Shown here: one piece after another, positions 1 to 11,186 of the stretch | How positions within the stretch are numbered: the first letter of the stretch is position 1 | Layout of the letters: each line of letters starts with the position of its first letter | Assembly: GCA_046563655.1 (NCBI GenBank) | Contig: JAJCTO010000012.1 | Span: 186,001-250,000 of the forward strand | Origin: Yuukianura sp. NJ FZ-2021 | Taxonomy: Eukaryota | DNA: 64,000 bases | Direction: 5' to 3' | Program-made: the position numbers and the translations under genes | Notes under the pieces: model-generated | Databases searched by the model: none | What the model saw: only the letters and a program-made list of their open reading frames with translations | What the model was told of the DNA's origin: nothing

Positions 1-1246
1 ACCATTTTGACGCAAAAACGACTTAAGTTTGTGAGAATGAACATGCAAATGTGAGAATGAACAGAAAGTAAATTACATTTTTGAAATCCTCATAAAAAGT
101 GCTACAGGAACCCACTTTCACTTGCTGTGTCGTCCCTCATCTTGTTACCTTTATTTATGAAAATTCATGTTTCATAACAAAGAATTCAAAAGAAATACAT
201 TCCGGAACGATGCTGGGTAAAAGTCAACTATATTTTTGAAATCCTCATAAATTGGGCTACAGGAACCCACTTTTACTTGCTGTGTCGTCCCTCATCTCGT
301 GACTTTATTTTATGAAAATTTATTTCAAAACAAATCATTCGAAAAACTCCCACGCGTAGCAATGCCGGGTGAAAATGAGTTACTTTTCTGAAATCCTCCT
401 GAAAAGTACTACAGGAACCCAAGTTTAATTGACGTGGATATGTCGCAATTAAATCTGGTTAGCGTGTACTTAAAGATCTGGATGAAACGCACTGCCTCGG
501 ATTTTATCTTGGGTTGGTATGCGCCACCCAGGGCAATGTCGAGCACCATTTTGACGCAAAAACGACTTAAATTTGTAAGAATGAACATGGTAATGTGAGA
601 ATGAACAGAAAGTAAATTACATTTTTGAAATCGTCATAAAAAGTGCTACAGGAACCCACTTTCACTTGCTGTGTCGTCCCTCATCTTGTTACCTTTATTT
701 ATGAAAATTCATGTTTCAAAAAAAAGAATTCAAAAGAAATGCATTCCGGAACGATGCCTCGTATTTTATCTTGGGTTGGTATGCGCTACCCAGGGTAATG
801 TCGAGCACCATTTTGACGCAAAAACGACTTAAATTTGTGAGAATGAACATGTAAACGTGAGAATGAACAGAAAGTAAATTACACTTTCGAAATCCTCATA
901 AAAAGGGCTACAGGAACCCACTTTCACTTGATGTGTCTTCCCTCATCTTGTTACCTTTATTTATGAAAATTCATGTTTCAAAACAAAGAATTTAAAAGAA
1001 ATGCATTCCGGAACGATGCCTCGTATTTTATCTTGGGTTGGTATGCGCTACCCAGGTCAATGTCGAGCACCATTTTGACGCAAAAACGACTTAAATTTGT
1101 GAGAATGAACATGCAAATGTGAGAATGAACAGAAAGTAAATTACATTTTTGAAATCCTCATAAAAAGTGCTACAGGAACCCACTTTCACTTGCTGTGTCG
1201 TCCCTCATCTTGTTACCTTTATTTATGAAAATTCATGTTTCATAAC
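1..1246. repeat. Satellite DNA array (left block); monomers anchored on CTACAGGAACCCA
   Basis: Tandem near-identical units (CTACAGGAACCCACTTTCACTTGCTGTGTCGTCCCTCATCTTGTTACC...) recur throughout; the block ends abruptly at ...CATAAC|TGAAG. Confidence 0.97.
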
Positions 1247-1641
1247 TGAAGTGCCCCGGGTTTCCCCCTTTAGGTTAGCGTCATTTGCCCTTGAGGTTAG
1301 GGTGTGGCCCTAGGTTAGTGTAGTTAGGTTAGGGTTAGTCTTAGCGTTTAGTTGAGATTGGTTTAGAGTTAGCGGGAGTTTTGAGAGAGAGAGAGAGAGG
1401 TCAGGAGAGTATTGGAGACTGGTTGTGCCAGTCAGTCGGTTTTTGGTGTTCGATTCAGGATGAGCTGAAGTTTTGTATCATAGTGTACAATAAATATATT
1501 TTATAATTATTGTCGTCGTGTCTTCGTGTTGTTTCATTTGGTGTCCCTTTTGGTCCTCAGTTTCGTTGCATGAGTCCGGCAGTGCTCGGATCGTAGTCTG
1601 GAGGCCATCTTTGGCAGTTTTACGTAGCACGAAGTGCTACA
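1247..1641 (+). repeat. 5' LTR of element A (end at 1641 or 1643)
   Basis: Starts TGAAG at the satellite junction, ends CTACA(CA) immediately before a TGG-starting PBS; contains AATAAA (~1489), (GA)n and TTAGG-like motifs; no second copy is available to fix the boundary. Confidence 0.75.
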
Positions 1642-1643
1642 CA

Positions 1644-1653
1644 TGGCGACCGT
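1644..1653 (+). promoter_or_regulatory. Primer binding site, tRNA-Arg-like (TGGCGACCGT)
   Basis: Follows the LTR end; resembles the TGGCGACCGTG tRNA-Arg PBS of the 412/mdg1 Gypsy group. Confidence 0.7.
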
Positions 1654-1881
1654 TTTGTGAGTGTTACTGCTGAGGTCAAAGGTTACAATGGTGTAACAAC
1701 ACATGGTGAGTGTTAAAAACTTTTATTCTGTGTCAAGTGGGATCAAGACATCATGTAATTGTTCGTGTGTGGACGTTACCCTTGGTCAAAGGAAAGTTGC
1801 CATAATTCTGAAGTGGATCATCTGCAAATTCTGTACATAGAAGGAGGAAGTTGCCGAAACAACTTCCACTGGATCCACTCC

Positions 1882-3414
1882 ATGTCAGACAGAAAACCAG
1901 TAAGTAAAGAATTAAAAAATTTGGAAATTGATCCTACAGTGACATTTAAGCTACCAGAGCTTAGTCCAACATCAGATTCGGAAGGACCGTTTCTCCGAAG
2001 TCAAGAAAGTAAAATTCCGACTCCAATTACATCCCCAAAAATCATTGTCAGTGCTCCAGGTTCATCAGTAACCATGGCAACATACACCAAGGAGGAAGTG
2101 GACAGATTAGTGGCCGAGGCCGTGGCCCATGCCGTGCGCGGCGTGGAGCAGAGATTAGTTCAGCGGGTGACCGGTGGAGTCGCTGCGGTGACTCCAGCCC
2201 CTGCGGAGGCAGATCCAGTTGGTCAGACCCAAGCATTGATAACAGCATTGAAGAGTATCAAGTTCACATCATTATCATCTAAATTGCCTGTGCCGAGTTT
2301 TGATGCTAAGAAGATGTCAGCGGCAGGCTACCTAAATGAAGTAGAGCGTTACTTCACTGCTCAAGGACACGAGCAGAGGCAGTTTCTTTATCTTGTGAAG
2401 ACGGTCTTGCCTGTTGAATCTCAACCATGGCTAGACCACATCCTAGTGACAGTGACAGACTGGGATTCATTCAAAGACGCTTTTATCAGTAGATATGATA
2501 ATTGGATGGATGTGGCAGAACGAACGAGGCTTCTGCACACAAGAAGACAACAGTTCAACGAGTCTGTTGAATTTTATTTGTATGATGTGGTTCGGTGCTC
2601 TAGATTAATATATCCACAAGAGTCAGTGGCTGATGCAGTGTTACGTGCTAAATTAGGTTTGAATCCGAGGATTCGCACAGCCCTTGGAACACAACAATTC
2701 GACACAGTAGAATCACTTTTTGATGCATGTCGAATTGCACATGCAAATTTGACGGCAGAAGACAGAATCACAAAAAACAAATTCGGATTACCTCCAATTG
2801 TCAAGGTCGACTCAAAGTCAGACTCAGTTAAGAAAGATGATAATTCCACTAATTCGAATGCTGGAAGTTCTGCTGGAACTTCCAATGGAAATAATTGGTT
2901 TCGTGGGAAGGAAGCCAAAAATAATGGCTTCCGTGGAAACTGGAAAGGCAAGGGAAATGGCTACAAGAATTATTCCAGTGATCAATCCCCGACTAATGGA
3001 AGTAATGGAAGTCCGAACAGTGGACATTCCTCATCTCAACCCAATGACCAGTCACAAGGTCAAAGTTCAAAATCCAATTATGACAAGAATTCAGTGCAAC
3101 CTCAAAATGATTCATCTGCACGAGGGAAGGGCGGTTACCGTGGTAATCGTGGTTCTTCTAATGACAACGACCGAGGTGGTGGTCAAGGCAGAGGTCAAGG
3201 TCAGACCTCTAGACAAGATGTAAGTGATGTTCAGTGCTTCAAGTGTAATGGTTTTGGGCATCGTAAGTTTCAGTGTCCATCAGGTGTTGGTTTGGCCTTG
3301 GGGTCATTTCAAGAGGAGGTTCCACAAGGACCTCCAGTTCCGAAAAAGAAGAAGGAGCCACCTGAAAAGAATGAAGCGTCGACTTCTAATGAGAAGTTAA
3401 ACGCTCAGTGGTGA
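1882..3414 (+). CDS. gag: Gag of element A (ORF open from 1759; first ATG 1882)
   Basis: Capsid-like region (WDSFKDAFISRY...QQFNESVEFY), Gly/Asn/Arg-rich linker, CCHC knuckle CFKCNGFGHRKFQC. Confidence 0.9.
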   Translation: MSDRKPVSKELKNLEIDPTVTFKLPELSPTSDSEGPFLRSQESKIPTPITSPKIIVSAPGSSVTMATYTKEEVDRLVAEAVAHAVRGVEQRLVQRVTGGVAAVTPAPAEADPVGQTQALITALKSIKFTSLSSKLPVPSFDAKKMSAAGYLNEVERYFTAQGHEQRQFLYLVKTVLPVESQPWLDHILVTVTDWDSFKDAFISRYDNWMDVAERTRLLHTRRQQFNESVEFYLYDVVRCSRLIYPQESVADAVLRAKLGLNPRIRTALGTQQFDTVESLFDACRIAHANLTAEDRITKNKFGLPPIVKVDSKSDSVKKDDNSTNSNAGSSAGTSNGNNWFRGKEAKNNGFRGNWKGKGNGYKNYSSDQSPTNGSNGSPNSGHSSSQPNDQSQGQSSKSNYDKNSVQPQNDSSARGKGGYRGNRGSSNDNDRGGGQGRGQGQTSRQDVSDVQCFKCNGFGHRKFQCPSGVGLALGSFQEEVPQGPPVPKKKKEPPEKNEASTSNEKLNAQW

Positions 3415-3438
3415 ATGAGAAGTCGTCCATCATTCACC
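3396..3438 (+). promoter_or_regulatory. -1 programmed ribosomal frameshift signal (G_TTA_AAC + hairpin)
   Basis: GTTAAAC at 3396-3402 lies in the short gag/pol overlap (pol-frame stops at 3387 and 3390); 7-nt spacer; perfect 9-bp stem GGTGAATGA/TCATTCACC (3410-3418/3430-3438). Confidence 0.8.
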
Positions 3439-6400
3439 CTACCCTAGTTCAAGTTTCGGACGATTTAATTCCTTTTGTGACTGTGGCGAATGAAGATTCG
3501 AAATTTTTGGCAATTTTCGACACGGGATGTTCGCAGTCACTCATTGATGTAAAGTTATGTGAAAAGTTACAGTCAGTTGTAGTTCCATTAAAAAATAAGT
3601 CTACAACTATGATGAATAGTCAGAAGCTACGTCTCATTGGCTTCTGTTTTGTGTATATAAAAATTGGTGGTCGAACTTTCAAGTCAAAGTTTTTTGTGGC
3701 CGAAAATTTGCCAGTTAAGTGTGTGTTAGGTTCTGATTTTTGTTTTCAGAATGACATTGTAATTAGATTGAGAAGTAAAGAGTTTTGGTTTGGTGACAAT
3801 GGAAGTCAGAAATTCAAATTGACTTCCACTACAGAAACAACCGGGACTGCGTTGTTTTCAGTGGCTTTACCAGAAAGTCACAATCAAGATAGTGAAGTGC
3901 AAGTGAGAGTTCAGCGTGTCCTAGAGAAATTTCCAACGGTCGTCCGGAGTGATGGAAAGTTGGGAAGGACGGACCTGACTCATCATGTGATAGAAGATGA
4001 AGGGTGTCCACCGGTAAGGAACCCTTACAGAAGGTCACCAGAAATGCAAAAGATCATCAATGATCAAATTCAAGAAATGTTGAAGGAAGGTCTAATCAGA
4101 CCTTCAAGGTCACCGTATGCAGCTCCAGTTGTGGTGGTACCAAAGAAAGACGGCAGTAAGAGACTCTGTGTGGACTATACGTTGCTCAACCAGCAAACGA
4201 AGACGAATGCTGCGCCAATGGAGAGTGCTCATTCCATTTTACACACAATTCCTGCTGGTTATTGGTACACAGTGATTGACCTTGCGAAAGGATATTGGCA
4301 AGTCAAGTTGCATCCGGACAGTGTTGAGAAGTCAGCATTCGTGACTCAAGATGGTCATTACGAGTTCCTAGTGATGTCATTCGGATTAAAGAATAGTCCA
4401 AAGACGTGTCAGCAGTTGATGCGGAAAGTCATCCAAGGATTCTCCAAGTTTGCAAAGTGCTACATGGATGATATCATTTTGTTCAGTAAGACTCTGGATG
4501 AACATTTAGTGCATTTAGAAAAAGTGCTGAGTAGGTTGAAGATGGCGGGACTCACCATTAGTCCTCAAAAGTTACAGTGTTGTAGGAGAGAGGTTGATGT
4601 GTTGGGCCATCGTTTGACAGAAAATGGTCTACAAAAGTGTCCTAAAAAAGTGAGTGCCATAGTGGATTTCCCTACTCCGAAGAACGTCAAAGAAGTGCAA
4701 AGTTTCCATGGAATGAGTCAGTGGTATGCTCCATTTATTGAACATTTTGCTGCAAAGGCAGAGCCACTGTACCGAATTCTAAGAAAAAATCAACCATGGG
4801 TTTGGGGAGAAGAACAAGAGAAGTCGTTCCAGTCATTAAAAGAGTCAATGTGCAACGATGTGATGTTACATGCAGTTGACTACGCTATCCGATTTTGTTA
4901 AAGTGTGATGCGTCGAATTATGGGTTGGGTGCGGCCTTAACCCAAGTGATTAATGGTGTGGAGAGACCAGTGATGTTTATCAGTAAAACACTCCGAAAAT
5001 CCGAAATTCGGTACCACATTTACGAAAAAGAGTTGTTCGCGATTATTTGGGCCTACCTGAAGCTGAGAGAATACATTGAAGGTCAGAAGTTCACAATTAT
5101 AACTGACAATAAAGCCTTATCATTCCTCAACAAGATGAAGGAGCGGAAAGCAAAATTGGCTTTGTGGGATACGGAGATAAAGTCATGGGGTGTCGAGATC
5201 AAGCATCGTTCCGGGAAGGATAATGTGGAGGCGGACGCGCTTTCACGTGCTCCAGTTCCTGTCGATGAAGCGGATCTCGATTTTGAAGATGATTCCCCGG
5301 CGTACATGTACTCGCCAACGGCCGTGGCGTTACTGTCGTTTGATACTCCTACGATCCAGAGGATGAAAGACGAACAACGAAGAGATCCTGATTTAGTGAA
5401 AGTGATCAGTGACATTGAAAGTGGTAAAAGTGTTAGAAGTTACGTCCTAGAGAATGGCGTACTAGGCAGAGAAGTCAAAGGCTTTGACTTCTATTCCGAT
5501 AATGGGTTCTGCGGAGACATTATCGAGGGGCGGTGTGCGGAAACGAGGCCTCAATCTTCCGACATCACTCTAGAGGACGTTGACGAAAAAGAGTTCAGCA
5601 GTTCCTCAGCTCGTAAAAGTGAGCTCATTCAGGTGCCAGTGGTACCCAGGGTCATGATACCCGAAATAATGAAGTTACTTCATGATGTGCCAGAAGCAGC
5701 GCATCTTGGCATCAAAGCCACAAAAGTGAAAATCAAGAGAAGATTTTTCTGGAAAAACATGAATAAGGACATCAGTGATTATGTGAAATCGTGTCCAGTT
5801 TGTCAAGCGGTCAAGTCTTGCAACTACAAGCCCTTTGGTTTACTTCAAGCAGTGGTGCCTCCAACTAAAGTGTTTGAGAAAATCTACATCGATTTTCTAG
5901 GGCCCCTGCCAAGATCTTCAAATCAAAATGAGTATTTGTTCGTCGTGGAAGACGATTTATCCAAGTGGGTGGAGTTATTCCCGATGCGCAAAGCAAAATC
6001 GAAAAAAGTTGTGGAAGTGTTAGTGAATGAAATTTTTTGTCGTTATGGTACTCCGAAAACAGTTGTGTCGGACAATGGAAGCCAATTTCTTTCCAAAGTG
6101 ATGATTAAAATGGCTAAGGACTGGAAGATCAACCATGTTCCTGTTAGTCCGTACCATGCGCAAGCTAACACAGTCGAAAAGGTCAATCGGAACCTTAAGC
6201 CTATGCTCCAGGCTTATGTCGACAAGAATCATAGATCATGGGACCAGCATCTCCAGAAGTTCGCATTGGCTCTTAGAACTTCTGTCCATTCGACTACTAA
6301 AGTGACTCCTGCGTTACTGAATTTAGGTCGTGAGATTCCGCTGCCCCTTGATAGGAACTTACAAAGTGATGGTGACAGGGAAGTCCGGAAGTTAGGACTT

Positions 6401-6853
6401 CTGCCTGCTCAATTAGAAGAAATCATTCAGTTCGTGAGGAAGAACATGGAAGAAGCACATGAGCATAATATCAAGCATTATGACTCTAAACATCAAGAAG
6501 GAAACTTTCAAGTTGGTGATTTAGTACTTATAAAAAATCATTCGTTGTCAGACAAGAAAAAAGGAATTGCGAAAAAATTAGATCCTCGTTACATTGGTCC
6601 ATACCAAATTAGTGAAGTGTTAACCCCAGTGACCTTCAAACTTGTGACATTGCCTGAGAAAACTAATTTTGGAAAGCGTTATGTGTCGGAGTTGAAGCCT
6701 TATACTGTTCGCACGTCGCAGTTTGCGGTTCCGAAAATTCCCACTGAGTCAGAGGATTGGTCGGACTCGGAGGAGGAAGCGAACTCTGGAGGAAGAACTT
6801 TGAGGAAAAAAGTTCGGCTCAACTATCGCACGCTCGCTGGATACAGAAACTAA
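3408..6853 (+). pseudogene. pol: Pol of element A (PR-RT-RNase H-integrase), one frameshift near 4890
   Basis: PR FDTGC, RT YMDD, RNase H CDASNYGLGA, IN HHCC (LHD..AHLG..CPVC), DFLGP/SDNG core, GPY; split into 3408-4901 and 4895-6853 at the RT/RH junction. Confidence 0.92.
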
Positions 6854-6913
6854 AACGTGCTCTGTTCAGTTGTTCTTATTTAGTTATTTGGAAGTCATTT
6901 CCTGACTTCCATC

Positions 6914-8122
6914 ATGCCATCATCAATTGTTAGTGATGTGGTTCCAGTCAGTGGAAAGAAAAAGAAAACTCAAGATTACTGGAAGAAGAGACGGGAGTGC
7001 GAATTGAGGTATGGTACTGCTGATAAGAGTCCACAGGAACGTAAGGACATGTTTTTATTCGAGTCTGCTCAACGGAATTCATGGGATGAATTCCCGTACA
7101 AGTATCATCCTCACACGTCATTAGTGAAAATGTTTCGGTTGTGGGATGCAGTTATGGAGCCCTCAAAAGGAAACATCTGTGACGAAAGACAGCTGGTACC
7201 AATTCGCATTATTGATACAGAAGCTAAGTTCATGGTTATGCTTGGTTTGTTGAGAGCCGAACGAGTTATAAGTGTTGACATGGAATTCAGTCATGAGAAA
7301 GGATATCGTGACCGTTATGTTTGTTTAGTGCAGATATCGACTAAGGAATCGGATTTCATCATTGATCCATTTGTCGTGCCCATTCAGATGCAATTGTTAC
7401 GTGAAGTGTTCTCAAATGGAAATTATATCAAGATTCTGCATGGAAGTGTAAATGACATGTTCATGTTCCAGCTCCACTACCAAATCTTCTTCGTGGGTGT
7501 TATTGACACGCAAATGGTGGATTCTGTCTTTGGAGGGACTCAAGGACGTGGATTGGACAAAGTGATTCGTGACTACTTGCCTGGTGTGAAAGTGTGCAAG
7601 GATTGTCAACTTGCTGATTTCAGGATCCGTCCAATTAAAAACATGCATCCAGATATGATTCAGTATGCCAGGAGTGACACACATTTGTTGTTACGTGTAT
7701 TTGAAGTCATGAAGAAACGCTATGACTTCAAAAGTGAAAGTGTTAAGTGGAATGAGGTTGTCCAGTTGTGTAATAATTTGTGCTTAAAAGTATACAAATT
7801 TAAGCCTAATCCAAGTGCCCGTGAGATTATGGCTAAAGTGAGCATATGTGACGTAAGTGTCACTATGATGGAGCAAGTGGTCAGCTGGAGAGACTTGGTT
7901 GCCAGGGAGATGGACGTTCAACCAAAGGAAGTCATTGCTGATGTTACTTGTGCTCAATTGGTCAAGGATGGGCCTAAAAATACGTTGGACATTGTAAAAG
8001 TGATTGGCAAAAATGTTTTGTCATCTGGTCATGTGGATATGCTATTGGAAATTTTTGTATCTACTAAAAGAGTGGGTGGAGTCACAGAAGTTGCTGCTGG
8101 AGAAAATGAGTTACTTTTCTGA
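6914..8122 (+). CDS. Rrp6/EXOSC10 (RNase D family) DEDDy 3'-5' exonuclease + HRDC domain, retrotransposon-borne; C-terminus truncated by satellite
   Basis: ExoI SVDMEF..VCLVQISTKESDFIIDPF; ExoII KILHGSVND; QLADFRIRP; ExoIII YARSDTHLLL; HRDC-like WRDLVAREMD; the last 7 codons derive from satellite. Confidence 0.88.
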   Translation: MPSSIVSDVVPVSGKKKKTQDYWKKRRECELRYGTADKSPQERKDMFLFESAQRNSWDEFPYKYHPHTSLVKMFRLWDAVMEPSKGNICDERQLVPIRIIDTEAKFMVMLGLLRAERVISVDMEFSHEKGYRDRYVCLVQISTKESDFIIDPFVVPIQMQLLREVFSNGNYIKILHGSVNDMFMFQLHYQIFFVGVIDTQMVDSVFGGTQGRGLDKVIRDYLPGVKVCKDCQLADFRIRPIKNMHPDMIQYARSDTHLLLRVFEVMKKRYDFKSESVKWNEVVQLCNNLCLKVYKFKPNPSAREIMAKVSICDVSVTMMEQVVSWRDLVAREMDVQPKEVIADVTCAQLVKDGPKNTLDIVKVIGKNVLSSGHVDMLLEIFVSTKRVGGVTEVAAGENELLF

Positions 8123-10598
8123 AATCTTCCTGAAAAGTACTACAGGAACCCAAGTTTAATTGGCGTGGATAGATCGCAATTAAATCCGGTTAGAGCTGAC
8201 TTAAAAGTCTGGATGAACCGCTCTGCCTCGGATTTTATCTTGGGTTGGTGTGCGCCACCCAGGGCAATGTCGAGCACCATTTTGACGCAAAAACGACTTA
8301 AATTTGTGAGAATGAACATGCAAATGTGAGAATGAACAGAAAGTAAATTACATTTTTGAAATCCTCATAAAAAGTGCTACAGGAACCCACTTTCACTTGC
8401 TGTGTCGTCCCTCATCTTGTTACCTTTATTTATGAAAATTCATGTTTCATAACAAAGAATTCAAAAGAAATGCATTCCGGAACGATGCTTGGTAAAAGTC
8501 AACTATATTTTTGAAATCCTCATAAAAAGGGCTACAGGAACCCACTTTCACTTGCTGTGTCGTCCCTCATCTCGTGACTTTATTTTATGAAAATTTATTT
8601 CAAAACAAATCATTCGAAAAACTCCCACGCGTAGCAATGCCGAGAGAAAATGAGTTACTTTTTTGAAATCTTCCTGAAAAGTACTACAGGAACCCAAGTT
8701 TAATTGGCGTGGATAGATCGCAATTAAATCCGGTTAGAGCGTACTTAAAAGTCTGGATGAACCGCTCTGCCTCGGATTTTATCTTGGGTTGGTGTGCGCC
8801 ACCCAGGGCAATGTCGAGCACCATTTTGACGCAAAAACGACTTAAATTTGTGAGAATGAACATGCAAATGTGAGAATGAACAGAAAGTAAATTGCATTTT
8901 TGAAATCCTCATAAAAAGTGCTACAGGAACCCACTTTCACTTGCTGTGTCGTCCCTCATCTTGTTACCTTTATTTATGAAAATTCATGTTTCATAAAAAG
9001 AATTCAAAAGAAATGCATTCCGGAACGATGCTGGGTAAAAGTCAACTATATTTTTGAAATCCTCATAAAAAGGGCTACAGGAACCCACTTTCACTTGCTG
9101 TGTCGTCCCTCATCTCGTGACTTTACTTTATGAAAATTTATTTCAAAACAAATCATTCGAAAAACTCCCACGCGTAGCAATGCCGGGTGAAAATGAGTTA
9201 CTTTTCTGAAATCCTCCTGAAAAGTACTACAGGAACCCAAGTTTAATTGACGTGGATATGTCGCAATTAAATCTGGTTAGCGTGTACTTAAAGATCTGGA
9301 TGAAACGCACTGCCTCGGATTTTATCTTGGGTTGGTATGCGCCACCCAGGGCAATGTCGAGCACCATTTTGACGCAAAAACGACTTAAATTTGTAAGAAT
9401 GAACATGCAAATGTGAGAATGAACAGAAAGTAAATTACATTTTTGAAATCGTCATAAAAAGTGCTACAGGAACCCACTTTCACTTGCTGTGTCGTCCCTC
9501 ATCTTGTTACCTTTATTTATGAAAATTCATGTTTCAAAACAAAGAATTCAAAAGAAATGCATTCCGGAACGATGCCTCGTATTTTATCTTGGGTTGGTAT
9601 GCGCCACCCAGGGCAATGTCGAGCACCATTTTGACGCAAAAACGACTTAAATTTGTAAGAATGAACATGCAAATGTGAGAATGAACAGAAAGTAAATTAC
9701 ATTTTTGAAATCGTCATAAAACGTGCTACAGGAACCCACTTTCACTTGCTGTGTCGTCCCTCATCTTGTTACCTTTATTTATGAAAATTCATGTTTCAAA
9801 ACAAAGAATTCAAAAGAAATGCATTCCGGAACGATGCCTCGTATTTTATCTTGGGTTGGTATGCGCTACCCAGGGTAATGTCGAGCACCATTTTGACGCA
9901 AAAACGACTTAAATTTGTGAGAATGAACATGTAAACGTGAGAATGAACAGAAAGTAAATTACACTTTCGAAATCCTCATAAAAAGGGCTACAGGAACCCA
10001 CTTTCACTTGCTGTGTCGTCCCTCATCTTGTTACCTTTATTTATGAAAATTCATGTTTCAAAACAAAGAATTCAAAAGAAATGCATTCCGGAACGATGCT
10101 GGGTAAAAGTCAACTATGTTTTTGAAATCCTCATAAAAAGGGCTACAGGAACCCACTTTCACTTGCTGTGTCGTCCCTCATCTTGTTACCTTTATTTATG
10201 AAAATTTATTTCAAAACAAATCATACGAAAAACTCCCACGCGTAGCAATGCCGGGAGAAAATGAGTTACTTTTCTGAAATCTTCCTGCAAAGTACTACAG
10301 GAACCCAAGTTTAATTGGCGTGGATAGATCGCAATTAAATCCGGTTAGAGCGTACTTAAAAGTCTGGATGAACCCCTCTGCCTCGGATTTTATCTTGGGT
10401 TGGTGTGCGCCACCCAGGGCAATGTCGAGCACCATTTTGACGCAAAAACGACTTAAATTTGTGAGAATGAACATGCAAATGTGAGAATGAACAGAAAGTA
10501 AATTACATTTTTGAAATCCTCATAAAAAGTGCTACAGGAACCTACTTTCACTTGCTGTGTCGTCCCTCATCTTGTTACCTTTATTTATGAAAATTTAT
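8099..10598. repeat. Satellite DNA array (block 2)
   Basis: Same monomer family as 1-1246. Confidence 0.97.
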
Positions 10599-11134
10599 TG
10601 AGGGGTTGCAATGCCCCGACGACTGGCACACTGGCCACTCGAAATAAATGAGATGATGTGGGGCAGAGATCACGAGAGCTGTAAACGGATAATGAACTTT
10701 ATTTACAGTAATTAGGATAGAGTTTACGTTCTAATGAGAGCCAAATGTTGAATTGATGAAGTGTAGAGGTTGGTGGGGCTCGGTCCTGACAGGATTGACC
10801 AGGTACTGGTCCGGTGGGGCTTGTAGAGGTCACGTCCGTGTCACACAATAGATCCGGCGTGGTCCAGTGGCCAATCCAAGATGGAGGAGATGTGGAGAGA
10901 GACGGGACAAGATCCGGGCAGAGTGACGGTTGGAGTTGGACTGTTGTATGGACAGGAGTGGACTGGAGTGACGATGACGAGACGAGATGCATGTCCAAAT
11001 AGATGATGCAACTTCCCGGTTTTGGTGGTGAGGATATGGAGTTGTTGTTGTGCTGCTGCTGGAAGGACGAAGGGGGAGAAGAGGGGAAAGGGAACCAAAG
11101 TGGCTATAGTGGTTTGTGGGGAATAACCCCCACA
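10599..11134 (-). repeat. 3' LTR of element B (536 bp)
   Basis: Matches 33948-34508 apart from about 9 substitutions, a 24-bp indel and a 1-bp indel (counted by eye). Confidence 0.93.
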
Positions 11135-11186
11135 GGTCCCCAACGACCTGGAGACGTCCCGGCGACATTGGAAGAAGACGTGGGTG

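Larger units (their letters stand above)
1247..8098 (+). mobile_element. Element A: Ty3/Gypsy LTR retrotransposon, 3'-truncated (no 3' LTR), gag-pol plus Rrp6-like ORF
   Basis: TG-starting LTR, PBS, gag with CCHC, pol in PR-RT-RH-IN order; the right end fuses directly into satellite. Confidence 0.93.

Noticed and set aside
1624..1640. Perfect hairpin GTAGCAC-GAA-GTGCTAC at the end of the LTR of A
   Set aside because: Real, but U5 stem-loops next to the PBS are an expected LTR feature
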